A stretch of 64,000 nt of DNA from Coleofasciculus sp. B1-GNL1-01 (lineage in GTDB: Bacteria; Cyanobacteriota; Cyanobacteriia; Cyanobacteriales; Coleofasciculaceae). The stretch's first letter is position 1, and every line of letters begins with the position of its first letter. The translations under genes were made by a program, and so were the position numbers. The notes below the pieces were generated by a model, which had not been told where the DNA came from, did not search any database, and saw only the letters and a program-made list of their open reading frames with translations. Location of the stretch: assembly GCA_040220235.1 (NCBI GenBank), contig JAVJTO010000082.1. One strand, written 5' to 3'. Below, in pieces: positions 10,133-20,403 of this stretch.

Positions 10133-11455
10133 ATGACTTGCCATCGCTCCCCCGTACTTCTAGCTGCCTACATGACCTGCCTGGGCGGGTTTATGGGCAT
10201 TGGTTCTTTTGTGGGATTAAATCCTGCGATCGCCCATTCTTCGGTTAACCTATCCCCACCCCTACTCCTCGCCCAATCCCCTAGTCCCACAGGGATTGAA
10301 GAATTACCCCTGCAAGTGGGGAGTCGAGGCGAAACAGTGCAAGCCTTACAGACTCGGCTGAAAAAGCTAGGCTATTACGAAGGTGAACCTGATGGTGCCT
10401 ATGGAGACACTACCAGGCTTGCCGTTAGGGAATTTCAGGAATCAATTGATCTTGATGCTGATGGTGTTGTAGGTTTAACCACATGGACGAAGCTGCAATC
10501 AGCAGCGGCGGAAGTTCCTGAACCAGATAATTCTCCGGCGGAAGTAGAAAACGCTGAGGAGGACAACAAAAACGCGGAACAAGAAGCTCAATCCAACAAC
10601 CAGCGCAAAAAACTCTTGTGGATACTCGCTGGTTTGTCTGGAACCATAATCATATTTGGTGCATTTGTATTCTTCTTACTCAAAGTAATAGACAATCCGA
10701 AAAAAAGACAAGCCTCTGCCGAAGCTGAGGAGTCTCCGCCCTCTTCCCCTTCAGAGGAACCGGAAACACCCATGGTAATGTCGAGTAGCAATGGGCTAGA
10801 ATCATCATCCGTCGCATCGGTTGATACTCCATCTCCTGCTTCTGAAGCCGATAAAAATGGATACAATCCTTCAGGATTAAGCGTAACTAACTCCCACCTG
10901 ACTGAATCGCCACCCCCTGTTGAATCCTCACCTAAAACCTCACTGACTAAACCAAAAAATCGGCTAGCGAAAAAAAATGGGGTCAATCAGTTAATTAAAG
11001 ACTTACAAGACTCTGATCCAGCCAAACGACGCAAAGCGATTTGGGAACTGGCACAACGGGGAGATTCTAGGGCGGTACAACCTTTAGTCAATCTGATGCT
11101 AGAGTCTGATTCCCAGCAGCGCAGTTTAATTGTAGAAGCGCTATCCCAAATTGGCATGAAGACACTCAAACCGATGAATCGGGCGTTAGCGCTTTCCCTA
11201 CAGGATGATAATCCCCAGGTACGTAAAAACGCGATCCGGGATGTGACGTTGATGTATGAATTAGTGGCACAAATTAGTCAGTTATTATCCTATGCCTTAG
11301 ATGATCCGGAGGCTGATGTTCAGGAAACAGCGCGTTGGGCATTGAGTCAGCTCGAACGAATCCGCACACCTGCCACAGTGAATAGTTTACCCCCTTCCCA
11401 TAGTCCTCTCAGTTTTTCGGAAAATCAGCTACAAGAACCGCCCATGTTTGAATAG
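10133..11455 (+). CDS. peptidoglycan-binding domain + TM + HEAT/PBS-lyase repeat protein
   Basis: GSRGETVQALQTRLKKLGYY...DGVVGLTTW (PG_binding_1), one TM helix, and HEAT repeats (RRKAIWELAQRGDSRAV). Confidence 0.88.
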   Translation: MTCHRSPVLLAAYMTCLGGFMGIGSFVGLNPAIAHSSVNLSPPLLLAQSPSPTGIEELPLQVGSRGETVQALQTRLKKLGYYEGEPDGAYGDTTRLAVREFQESIDLDADGVVGLTTWTKLQSAAAEVPEPDNSPAEVENAEEDNKNAEQEAQSNNQRKKLLWILAGLSGTIIIFGAFVFFLLKVIDNPKKRQASAEAEESPPSSPSEEPETPMVMSSSNGLESSSVASVDTPSPASEADKNGYNPSGLSVTNSHLTESPPPVESSPKTSLTKPKNRLAKKNGVNQLIKDLQDSDPAKRRKAIWELAQRGDSRAVQPLVNLMLESDSQQRSLIVEALSQIGMKTLKPMNRALALSLQDDNPQVRKNAIRDVTLMYELVAQISQLLSYALDDPEADVQETARWALSQLERIRTPATVNSLPPSHSPLSFSENQLQEPPMFE

Positions 11456-11611
11456 GATTTTCGAGGAGCGATCGCGTTGGTATTAGAGCAAGAGGAGGCG
11501 ATTGAAATCGCTGCTACACAAACAAAGTCCGCCGGCGCGGACTGGGTGATAACGGGGGGAGTTAACCCGAATTTAGTATAAGCAAGATGAATTAGAATTA
11601 CGGAAAAGAAA

Positions 11612-11826
11612 CTGTAGGGGCGCATGGTGTGCGCCCGATTCAATGGTAAAATTTACTCCACAATTTTAGCTGTGCCACGCCAGTGGGTTGGGTTGAACGG
11701 AGTGAAACCCAACAGATTTTTATTGGGGTTCGTCTCTCGACCAAAATTTATAAGCAAGATCCCCGACAACTCCTACGAAGTCGGGGATCTGTCTGTGTAC
11801 CTCACTTATTACCAAAAGCGCTGTAT
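11612..11826. repeat. cluster of REP-like palindromes and a MITE-like end
   Basis: GTAGGGGCGCATGGTGTGCGCCC; GGTTGGGTTGA..GAAACCCAAC; AGATCCCCGAC..GAAGTCGGGGATCT (related copies at about 38528-38560 and 41183-41218). Confidence 0.8.
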
Positions 11827-12188
11827 GAAGCTTATGTGAAGTAACGTCCTCACCTGACGCGGAACTCTTTGATAAGTTTTTTTGATAGTTAAAACGTATT
11901 TATGGTGTTTTCAGGCGATAAGATTTTGACAATAATTACTTAATCACAATCAAGCTATTTTTAGATTAAGTGTTATTTAACTCGTTTTCCTTCTATCAAA
12001 GCTTTAGCGCATTTATTAAGTTAATTTACATTGTAATAAATATTTACAACTATAAGTATTTACAAAGTTAACTTTTTAAAGTTTTCATGAAGACATTTCT
12101 TGGCTTGATCGTTTTGTCAGAATCAATAGTACGCTTACTGCTGAGGGAAACCGGATTATAAACGTTTTCAACAAGCTTTAAGGAAAAA

Positions 12189-14129
12189 ATGGCAACTTTT
12201 ACCGTTACCAACCTTTTTGACTCTGGCACAGGCAGCTTTCGTCAGGCAATCTTCGATGCGAATGCCCAAGTAGGTTTGGATGAGATTGTCTTTGATACAG
12301 GTGGTGTTCCGAGTACCATCACTCTCACCAGTGGAGCGCTTAATATTGCCGACTCGGTAAATATTCTCGGACCAGGTGCTAATCTGTTGACGGTTAGCGG
12401 GAATAACAACTCTCGTATCTTTAACATTGATGATGGAGGCAGCGACATCCTTGATGTTCTTATCTCTGGTTTGACTCTGACCAATGGCAATGCTCAATCC
12501 GCTGATTTTAACCCATTCCTAACTGTGGGTGGGGCTATCTATAATGCTGATGAAACTCTAAGCCTCGTGAATGCTGTGATTACTAACAACACCGCAAGAG
12601 GCATTGGTGGCAGCTTCTACGGTGGTGATAGTCAGGGCGGTGGCATCTTTAATCGTGCAGGTGATTTAACGATAACCAACAGCACGATTAGTGGCAACAA
12701 AGTATTCGGCGACGGTAACTCATACTATGGTGGCAATAGCACTGGTGGTGGTATTTTTAGTCAATCCGGCAACTTAACGATAACCAACAGCATCATCAGT
12801 GGCAACCGGGCAGAAGGTGGCGATGGCGAGTTCTACTTCTACTACAGTGGCATTGGTAGTGCTGGTGGAATCTTTAACCAATCCGGCGACCTAACAATCG
12901 TCAACAGCATGATTAGTAGCAATGAAGCAAAAGGTGGTGATGGCGAATTCGGTCGATACAACGGTGGTGGCAGCAGAGGCGGCGGCATCTTAAACGGCTC
13001 TGGTGAGCTAACAATAATTAACAGCACTATCAGCAGCAACCAAGCAGCAAGAGGTTCCTTTTCTCGCCGCTCCAGTAGCGGCGACAGTAGCGGCGGCGGT
13101 ATTTTTAACAGCTCCGGCGAGCTAACAATAACTAACAGTACCATCAGTGGTAACAGCGCAGACAGCGCAGATGGTGTCGGTTCATATATACCCAATCCTG
13201 GCAACGGTAATGGTGGGGGCATTTTTAACAGCTCCGGCAATCTGGACGTGAACAGTAGTACCATAAGCGGTAACACAGCAGCAGGCGGCTTTGACGACTA
13301 TACTAGCGGCACTGGCAACGGTGGCGGCATCTTTAATAGCTCTGGCAATGTGAGGCTGAACAGTAGTATTATCAGCAGCAATGGAGCATTCGGTGGCGTT
13401 GGCTTCGGACGCGCTGGTACTGCTAATGGTGGTGGCATTGTAAATAGGGTTGGTGACCTGATAGTAACTAACAGTACTATCAGCGACAACAAAGTAGAAG
13501 GAGGTTTTACTATCTTTAAAAACCCTACCAACGGTTACGGCGGCGGCATATCAGGTGAAGTAACCCTAATCAACAGCACCATCAGCGGCAACACAGTAGA
13601 AGGCGGCCGCAACGGCTACGGTGGTGGCATTTGGGGTAGCGGGACAGTGAGCAACAGCACTATCACCGATAACATAGCAAAAGGTGGCGGGGGTTACTAC
13701 TCCAGTGGCATCGGCATAGGTAGCGGCATCGTTAACACCGATACTATTACAATCACCAGTAGCATTGTTGCTGGTAACGCCAATGCTGATGATATTGCTG
13801 GTGGTTTCACTTCTGGTGGTAACAACTTAATTGGCATTAATCCTCTGCTGAGTCCATTGCAAAATAATGGCGGTTTTACCGAAACTCACGCTCTCCTCCC
13901 TGGCAGTCCTGCGATTGATGCGGGCAGTAACCCACTCGGACTACTCACTGACCAACGTGGTTCTGGCTTTAACCGGACTTCGGGTAGTCAAACTGATATT
14001 GGCGCATTTGAGGTACAGCAACCGCCATCAACTTCTGTTCCTGAACCTTCGTCAATGCTGGGGTTAATTGGTCTAGTGGTTATTGGCACTGGTTCACTGC
14101 TGAGGCGGAAACTGCAAAATAAATTGTGA
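12189..14129 (+). CDS. Gly/Ser-rich beta-helix protein with choice-of-anchor Q domain and PEP-CTERM sorting signal (paralog 1)
   Basis: Repeats GGGIFNxxGxLTITNSTISxN; LQNNGG.T.THALLPGSPAIDAG..DQRG..R.....DIGAFE; VPEPSS + TM + RRK tail. Confidence 0.9.
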   Translation: MATFTVTNLFDSGTGSFRQAIFDANAQVGLDEIVFDTGGVPSTITLTSGALNIADSVNILGPGANLLTVSGNNNSRIFNIDDGGSDILDVLISGLTLTNGNAQSADFNPFLTVGGAIYNADETLSLVNAVITNNTARGIGGSFYGGDSQGGGIFNRAGDLTITNSTISGNKVFGDGNSYYGGNSTGGGIFSQSGNLTITNSIISGNRAEGGDGEFYFYYSGIGSAGGIFNQSGDLTIVNSMISSNEAKGGDGEFGRYNGGGSRGGGILNGSGELTIINSTISSNQAARGSFSRRSSSGDSSGGGIFNSSGELTITNSTISGNSADSADGVGSYIPNPGNGNGGGIFNSSGNLDVNSSTISGNTAAGGFDDYTSGTGNGGGIFNSSGNVRLNSSIISSNGAFGGVGFGRAGTANGGGIVNRVGDLIVTNSTISDNKVEGGFTIFKNPTNGYGGGISGEVTLINSTISGNTVEGGRNGYGGGIWGSGTVSNSTITDNIAKGGGGYYSSGIGIGSGIVNTDTITITSSIVAGNANADDIAGGFTSGGNNLIGINPLLSPLQNNGGFTETHALLPGSPAIDAGSNPLGLLTDQRGSGFNRTSGSQTDIGAFEVQQPPSTSVPEPSSMLGLIGLVVIGTGSLLRRKLQNKL

Positions 14130-14154
14130 CACTTCTTCCCTTATTCAGGTTTTC

Positions 14155-14727
14155 TGTCTCAAAGCATTGTCAGGGGTTTGGTTCTGAGTTATCTGTGGGT
14201 CAGCCGGGAAATAAATTTCCGGCTGATAGCTAAAGTCAGCTCAAGCTGACTAGACATTTTAACCCGTTTTAACCTGAAGTTCCCCCAGCCAAAAAATCAA
14301 AACTGCCTCACCGTGAGGCTTTCCGCGATTTTTTAGCCGTTCTACATGGGTACAATCGCTGAAACCTTGATGTAGCGTGGGTTTCAACCGATCACTTGTC
14401 TATTGCAAAAATAGCGCGATCGCGCTATTTTTGCAAGGGCTACATGGGTACGGTTTTTGAGGGGGTTGAGCGCTAAAACCACCACGGAATAAGGCTTTAG
14501 CCTGGGTGTAGTACATCCGCACGGGGGGAACTTCAGGTTAAACTTGAGTTCACGGCTTAGTGCTGTCTCAAAGAATTGTCACAGGTTTGGTTATGAGTTA
14601 TCTATAGGTCAGCCGGGAAATAAATTTCCGGCTGATAGCTAAAGTCAGCTAAAGCTGACTAGACGTTTTAACCCGTTTTAACGGGACGCGAGCTTTGAGA
14701 CGGAACTTGAGTTCACGGCTTAGTGCT
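14155..14727. repeat. tandem duplication of a palindromic repeat unit (CAGCCGGGAAATAAATTTCCGGCTG / AGTCAGCT..AGCTGACT); first copy interrupted by a MITE
   Basis: 14155-14272 is nearly identical to 14564-14681. A further copy lies at 21621-21733 and a relative at 39320-39372. Confidence 0.85.
14269..14541. mobile_element. MITE with 18-bp terminal inverted repeats
   Basis: TTAACCTGAAGTTCCCCC ... GGGGGAACTTCAGGTTAA; no transposase ORF. Confidence 0.8.
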
Positions 14728-15937
14728 GCTGATTGATACCAAATCCGTGTTTTTTTCGCTTCGGCTTCCCAGACTTTTTCGGAAACGGAGAGTTAGAAAA
14801 CCGAGTTAAATCTGACTCCACCTGCAGTTGAGAGGTACTCATTTCTGTTACTAACTGCTTTTGTCCATCAGGCACATCTGCCAACGCTTCATCGGGTAAA
14901 ACATAGGACGTGGCAATCAATTGTTCATCCCAGTCGATAATCTCAGGAAACCGAATCCCCGGTAATACCTGTACCGCAAAAATTTCCTGTACGGCTTCTT
15001 CAAACTTTAAAAATGCCACAGTTTGCCCTGTCTCAATATTCACCACCCAAACCCCACAGATGCGTTCCTCCAGCCGTTGAGTCAACGGAATACCACTAAA
15101 TACTGCTGTCTCCCGCACTTGGGAAAGACCAATAAACGCCAAGGAACCCCAGAAGTCTATACCCCGAGTAAAGCCAGGAAGCTGAGTCACTGTCTCACAT
15201 TTCCCAGACGCCAAATCAACGGTTGCTAGAGAACCATTCCCTGATTCCAATACCCAGAGACGATTTTGATACCAACGGGGTGAGTGAGGCATTGATAATT
15301 CCTGGACAATTACCTGATTTGTCTCTACATCCATCAATACGCCACCAAAAGCCTTATTTTCTCGCCAGCCTCCTCGACTATCTGTTGTTCCTAATGCTGT
15401 GACGTATTGGGGGTAATTGTCCACCATACCTAAACCATTAAGATGACAACGGTCTTCTGGTGACAAGGCGCTGATAAAATCAGGTCGCCAACGGGGAACA
15501 AAGCTGTGGTCAAAGTCTAGAGTACATAGACAAGAAAAACGGGTATTGATAAACCAGAGTTCTTGGTCTGCCCATGCCATTTCATGGATATCAATATCCC
15601 CAGTAATATGAGAATTGCGGGGAAGATAGCAAGCGTCGTGTTTTCCAATAGGTTCCAATTTCTGAGCAACGGCTGGCACATTGCGGAGTTCACAAACTTG
15701 GTTGGCTGTACCAATGGCAATTCTACCTCGATCCGCTGCTAAACCCATAGGTTTTTGGAAGACACGGAAGTGAGTATTGATATGTTCTCCATCAGCACGG
15801 AGGACGATTAACTTACCCGCTTGGTAGGTGGAAACCACTAAGGAAATCCCCAGTTGGGTTAGGATTTGGGGAAAGTTCGTGGTATGGACACTCCGCATTG
15901 GGTCGTCTTGGGGTTGGTGCTGAGGAAAGTTCGTCAT
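14720..15937 (-). CDS. TIGR03032/DUF4915 family protein
   Basis: SLVVSTYQAGKL, TGDIDIHE, NTRFSCL, EDRCHLNGL, LSMPHSPRW, LESGNG, PGFTRG, GLSQVRE are motifs I recall for this family. Confidence 0.88.
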   Translation of the reverse strand: MTNFPQHQPQDDPMRSVHTTNFPQILTQLGISLVVSTYQAGKLIVLRADGEHINTHFRVFQKPMGLAADRGRIAIGTANQVCELRNVPAVAQKLEPIGKHDACYLPRNSHITGDIDIHEMAWADQELWFINTRFSCLCTLDFDHSFVPRWRPDFISALSPEDRCHLNGLGMVDNYPQYVTALGTTDSRGGWRENKAFGGVLMDVETNQVIVQELSMPHSPRWYQNRLWVLESGNGSLATVDLASGKCETVTQLPGFTRGIDFWGSLAFIGLSQVRETAVFSGIPLTQRLEERICGVWVVNIETGQTVAFLKFEEAVQEIFAVQVLPGIRFPEIIDWDEQLIATSYVLPDEALADVPDGQKQLVTEMSTSQLQVESDLTRFSNSPFPKKSGKPKRKKHGFGINQQH

Positions 15938-16135
15938 CTGAAGTATGCAGTCAGTCAGAACAGATCTATTGTCCCACTTGAGCCTCTACCACCGATCGCG
16001 ATTTAATTTGAGTTGAGGGGTAAGGTGCGATGATGGCGGCAATGTGCGATCGCGTTGACCACAAAGTTGACTACAAAGCGTGCGATCGCATCGGTAGCCG
16101 TCTCTCAAGTCTCACTTTACCCGATCTCAGAGGTC

Positions 16136-16232
16136 TTAGGGACTTGCAACTTAATAATGTACCAAGGAAGCTTGGCTAAGTTCATGAATACAGCTTTCCT
16201 CACTGGTACTTTATTTTTACGCAGCTCCCTAA
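16136..16232. mobile_element. short MITE-like element
   Basis: Imperfect TIRs TTAGGGACTTGC...GTACCA / TGGTAC...GCAGCTCCCTAA. Confidence 0.6.
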
Positions 16233-16662
16233 CATCTCGAGTCCACTCAGGTTGATCGAGTAGCCCTCTACTCAAATCCTTGACTCAGCAGCTTATATGA
16301 AGCTTGTGTGAAGCAAAGCCCTCTCTTGCCTGGGAACTCTATGATAATTTTTCCTAATGATTTTCACGTATTTTTCACGTATTTACATTGTTACCAGGCA
16401 GCGGACTTGTAATCAATTAATCATTGTATTCCTATTTAACGATTATTTTTTTCGCTTCATTGAAATAATTTGTCCCTGAAGATGGGGTTTGAGGAGATTT
16501 GTTTTAATTATTTAACATTTCATGAGTCATGACTAAGATAATTTTTTATAAAAATTAACATATTAAAGGTTTTATGAAAATAATTTTGCTTGGGATTCAG
16601 CCTGTGGAATGAATAGTATCCTACAGATAGAATTCCGATTATAACCTATAAGGAACAAGTAA

Positions 16663-18339
16663 ATGGCTACTTTTACAGTTACCAATCCTTTGGACTCGGG
16701 AGCAGGCAGCTTTCGTCAGGCAATCTTCGATGCCAATACACAAGCAGGTACAGATGAGATTGTCTTTGACACGGGGGGTTTTCCCAGTACCCTCACCCTC
16801 ACCAGTGGAGAACTCAAGATTACCGACTCAGTAAATATCCTCGGCTCAGGTGCTGATTGGCTGACAGTCAGTGGGAACAATAACTCCCGAATCTTTAACA
16901 TTGATGATGGAGGCAGCCAAATCCTCGATGTGCTGATTTCTGGTTTAACTTTGACTGATGGCAATGGTAGAGCCACTAATTCCAATTCATCCTTCGGTTT
17001 GGGTGGCGCTATCTACAATGCCGATGAAAATCTCACTCTCATAGATGCTGTGGTGACTAATAACACAGCGAGAGGTAATTTTTTTGAGGATGGTAGTGGT
17101 GGTGGTATCTTTAACAGCTCCGGTGAACTCACGATCACTAACAGTATTATCAGTAGCAATTTAGCCGCAGGTCAATTTGAGTACTCTCCTGGTTATGGTA
17201 CCAATGGTTCAGGGGGCGGTATTTTTAATGAGTCCGGCACTATAGACGTCAACAATAGTACTATCAGTGACAATCGTGCAGCAGGCGGCGATGGCTACGG
17301 GGATAGCGGCAATGGCGAAGGTGGTGCTATTTTCAATGGCTCTGGCATTATAAACGTCAACAATAGTACTATTAGTAACAATAGCGCAGCCGCTGGCTCC
17401 GGTAGAAGCTTTGCTGGTCATGGCAAAGGTGGCGGTATGTTTAACGGTTCTGGCGAATTGGTCGTAACCAACAGCACTATTAACAACAATATAGCAGCAG
17501 GTGGTTCAAGCTTTTATGGAGCTGCCAAGGGTAGTGGTGGTGGCATTTTCGGTAAAGTGACAGTCATCAACAGCACGATTAGTGACAATACAGCAAGAGC
17601 TGGCTCCACTGGGTCTTATTACTCGCCTTCTTACCCAACCACAGGCAACGGCGGTGGCATCTCAGGTCAAGTGACTGTGATTAACAGCACTATTAGTCAC
17701 AATACAGCCGAAGGTGGTTCAGGTCTTTATGGTGCTGCCGGTGGTATTGGTGGCGGGATCTGGGGTAGTGGAACAGTAACGAACAGCACCATCACTGGTA
17801 ATGAAGCCAAAAGTGGTAGCTGCCACCTGCCTTACTGCGAAACAGACTTCAGCTTTGGCGGCGGCATTGCCAACACAGGCAGGATGACAATCACTAGTAG
17901 TCTTATTGCTGGCAACATCGATGCTGCTGATATTTCTGGCAGTTCTTTCATCTCTGGTGGTCATAACTTAATTGGCAATGGCGATGGCACTCCAGGTTTC
18001 ATCAATGGGGTCAATAATGACCAGGTTGGTACTACGGATAACCCAATTGATCCTCTACTTGGTTTATTACAAAATAATGGGAGTTCCACTGCAACTCATG
18101 CTCTCCTTCCTGGTAGCCCTGCTATTGATGCAGGTAGTAACCCTCTAATGCTGCTCACCGATCAACGAGGAGACGGCTTTAACCGGACGGTAGGCAGTCA
18201 AACTGACGTTGGGGCATTTGAAGTGCAACCACTCCCGTCAACTTCTGTCCCTGAACCATCATCAATGCTGGGTTTAATTGGGTTGATGATTCTGGGAACT
18301 ACTTGCCTGGTAAAGCGCAAACTACCAAATAAATCGTGA
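16663..18339 (+). CDS. choice-of-anchor Q / PEP-CTERM protein (paralog 2)
   Basis: Same architecture as 12189-14129; VPEPSS-TM-KRK tail. Confidence 0.9.
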   Translation: MATFTVTNPLDSGAGSFRQAIFDANTQAGTDEIVFDTGGFPSTLTLTSGELKITDSVNILGSGADWLTVSGNNNSRIFNIDDGGSQILDVLISGLTLTDGNGRATNSNSSFGLGGAIYNADENLTLIDAVVTNNTARGNFFEDGSGGGIFNSSGELTITNSIISSNLAAGQFEYSPGYGTNGSGGGIFNESGTIDVNNSTISDNRAAGGDGYGDSGNGEGGAIFNGSGIINVNNSTISNNSAAAGSGRSFAGHGKGGGMFNGSGELVVTNSTINNNIAAGGSSFYGAAKGSGGGIFGKVTVINSTISDNTARAGSTGSYYSPSYPTTGNGGGISGQVTVINSTISHNTAEGGSGLYGAAGGIGGGIWGSGTVTNSTITGNEAKSGSCHLPYCETDFSFGGGIANTGRMTITSSLIAGNIDAADISGSSFISGGHNLIGNGDGTPGFINGVNNDQVGTTDNPIDPLLGLLQNNGSSTATHALLPGSPAIDAGSNPLMLLTDQRGDGFNRTVGSQTDVGAFEVQPLPSTSVPEPSSMLGLIGLMILGTTCLVKRKLPNKS

Positions 18340-18574
18340 TATAGCAACCGCCACAACGGTTAGGATACGAAGTCTATCTCAAAACAATACATGGCATTCA
18401 TCAATATGTCCTAATGACCCTGGCGACTGCTATACTTTTTCCATCTTTAAAGTTTTCTACCTCGAAGCACTATAGCAATCCTATTTAGGTCGTGGCAATT
18501 TTAAAAAATGAAACCCTTGCTATACCTGGGTTTCGAGCATTTCGCTTGTTGCATCCTATTTAGGATTGCTATAG
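18340..18574. mobile_element. two short MITE-like elements (18340-18434 and 18470-18574)
   Basis: TATAGCA..CGCCA / TGGCG..TGCTATA, and CTATAGCAATCCTA / TAGGATTGCTATAG terminal inverted repeats. Confidence 0.7.
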
Positions 18575-18634
18575 AGACTGAAAAAAAGAGACAAAACAGA
18601 ATAGGTCAAACAACAATACATAAGGAACAAGTAA

Positions 18635-20290
18635 ATGGCTACTTTCACCGTTACCAATCTTTTTGACTCGGGAGCAGGCAGCTTTCGTCAAGCAATCTTC
18701 GACGCTAATACACAAGCAGGTACAGATGAGATTGTTTTTGACACGGGGGGTTTTCCCAGTACCCTCACCCTCACCAGTGGCGAACTTAATATTACCGACT
18801 CCGTAAATATCCTCGGGTCGGGCGCTGATTTTATGACAGTTAGTGGGAACAACAACTCCCGCATCTTTAGTATTGATGATGGCGGCAGCCAAATCCTTGA
18901 TGTGCTAATTTCTGGTTTAACTGTGAGTGACAGTAATGGTAAAGGCAGAGCCGATCCTGGCGGTGCTATTTACAATGAGGATGAAAATCTCACCCTCCTG
19001 GATCTTGTGGTGACTAACAATACCATAAAAGACTTCGGCGTCGGTGGTGGTATATTCAATAGCTCCGGCAAGCTTACCCTAACTAACAGTATTATCAGCC
19101 ACAATAGAACATTTGGTGTCACTTATAGTGGTGTCGGTTTGAGTAATGGCGAGGGTGGCGGCATTTATAATGGCTCCGGTATTGTAAACATACACAACAG
19201 TACTATCAGCCACAATAAAGCATCTGGTGCCTCAGGTAGACATAGTTTTAGTAGTGGCAACGGTGGCGGAATTTTTAATCGTTCGGGTGAGTTGGTAGTA
19301 ACGGACAGCACGATCAGCGATAATACCGCAGTCGGTGGTGGTGGTGCCTTTTATGCTGATTCTCCTGGGAACGGTGGTGGCATCTTTAATGACTCTGGCA
19401 TGGTGAAGGTGGAGAATAGTACTATCAGTGGCAACAGAGCTTTTGGTGGATCGGGTGTTCAATTTATTAGCAGTGGTCCCGGCAAAGGTGGTGGTATATT
19501 TAATCGTTCTGGTGAGTTGGTAGTGACCAACAGCACCGTTAATAGCAACATGGCAGTAGGCGGCAGAAGCGTCACCGCCACCAATGGTCAAGCGGCTAAT
19601 GGCTACGGTGGCGGCTTATCGGGTAAAGTAACGTTAAGCAACAGCACCATTAGCGGCAATATAGCATCAGGCGGTCTGGGTTACCAGGCTAACGGAGGCA
19701 ATGGCTACGGCGGCGGCTTATGGGGTTGGGGTACAGTGACTAACAGTACCATCACTGGCAACGCCGCTAAAGGTGGCGATAGCTACAGTTTCAACTCCGG
19801 CACTGGTATTGGTAGCGGTATTTTTAATACAGAGACGATGACAATTACCAGTAGCATTATTGCTGGCAACACCGATGCTGCTGATATTTCTGGCAATTCT
19901 TTCACCTCCGGTGGTCACAACTTAATTGGCAATGGCGATGGCACTCCAGGTTTCATCAATGGGGTCAATAATGACCAGGTTGGTACTACGGATAACCCAA
20001 TTGATCCTCTACTTGGTTTATTACAAAATAATGGGGGTTCCACTGCAACTCATGCTCTCCTTCCTGGTAGCCCTGCTATTGATGCAGGTAGTAACCCTCT
20101 AATGCTGCTCACCGACCAACGAGGAGACGGCTTTAACCGGACGGTAGGCAGTCAAACCGATGTTGGGGCATTCGAGGTACAGCCTTCATCAGGAACTTCT
20201 GTACCAGAACCATCATCAATGCTAGGTTTATTAGGGTTATTGATTCTGGGGACTACTTCATTGCTGAAGCGCAAACGACAACAACATTAA
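18635..20290 (+). CDS. choice-of-anchor Q / PEP-CTERM protein (paralog 3)
   Basis: Same architecture; VPEPSS-TM-KRKR tail. Confidence 0.9.
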   Translation: MATFTVTNLFDSGAGSFRQAIFDANTQAGTDEIVFDTGGFPSTLTLTSGELNITDSVNILGSGADFMTVSGNNNSRIFSIDDGGSQILDVLISGLTVSDSNGKGRADPGGAIYNEDENLTLLDLVVTNNTIKDFGVGGGIFNSSGKLTLTNSIISHNRTFGVTYSGVGLSNGEGGGIYNGSGIVNIHNSTISHNKASGASGRHSFSSGNGGGIFNRSGELVVTDSTISDNTAVGGGGAFYADSPGNGGGIFNDSGMVKVENSTISGNRAFGGSGVQFISSGPGKGGGIFNRSGELVVTNSTVNSNMAVGGRSVTATNGQAANGYGGGLSGKVTLSNSTISGNIASGGLGYQANGGNGYGGGLWGWGTVTNSTITGNAAKGGDSYSFNSGTGIGSGIFNTETMTITSSIIAGNTDAADISGNSFTSGGHNLIGNGDGTPGFINGVNNDQVGTTDNPIDPLLGLLQNNGGSTATHALLPGSPAIDAGSNPLMLLTDQRGDGFNRTVGSQTDVGAFEVQPSSGTSVPEPSSMLGLLGLLILGTTSLLKRKRQQH

Positions 20291-20403
20291 AGTTGACGGT
20301 TGAGATTGGGGAACTCTTAACAGAGAACAGAGAACAAGGAACCCATGCATGTTGACAAGTCTTTAACTCAGTTAACCAAATTTCTGTCCAGGTACTTATC
20401 CCC

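Noticed and set aside
12242..13531. Antisense Pro/Leu-rich ORFs in the PEP-CTERM genes (also those at 16716-19918)
   Set aside because: Shadow ORFs from Gly/Asn/Ser codon repeats on the coding strand.
16663..20290. Diversity-generating retroelement explanation for the near-identical segments
   Set aside because: There is no reverse transcriptase, both copies are coding, and I saw no adenine-specific pattern of differences.
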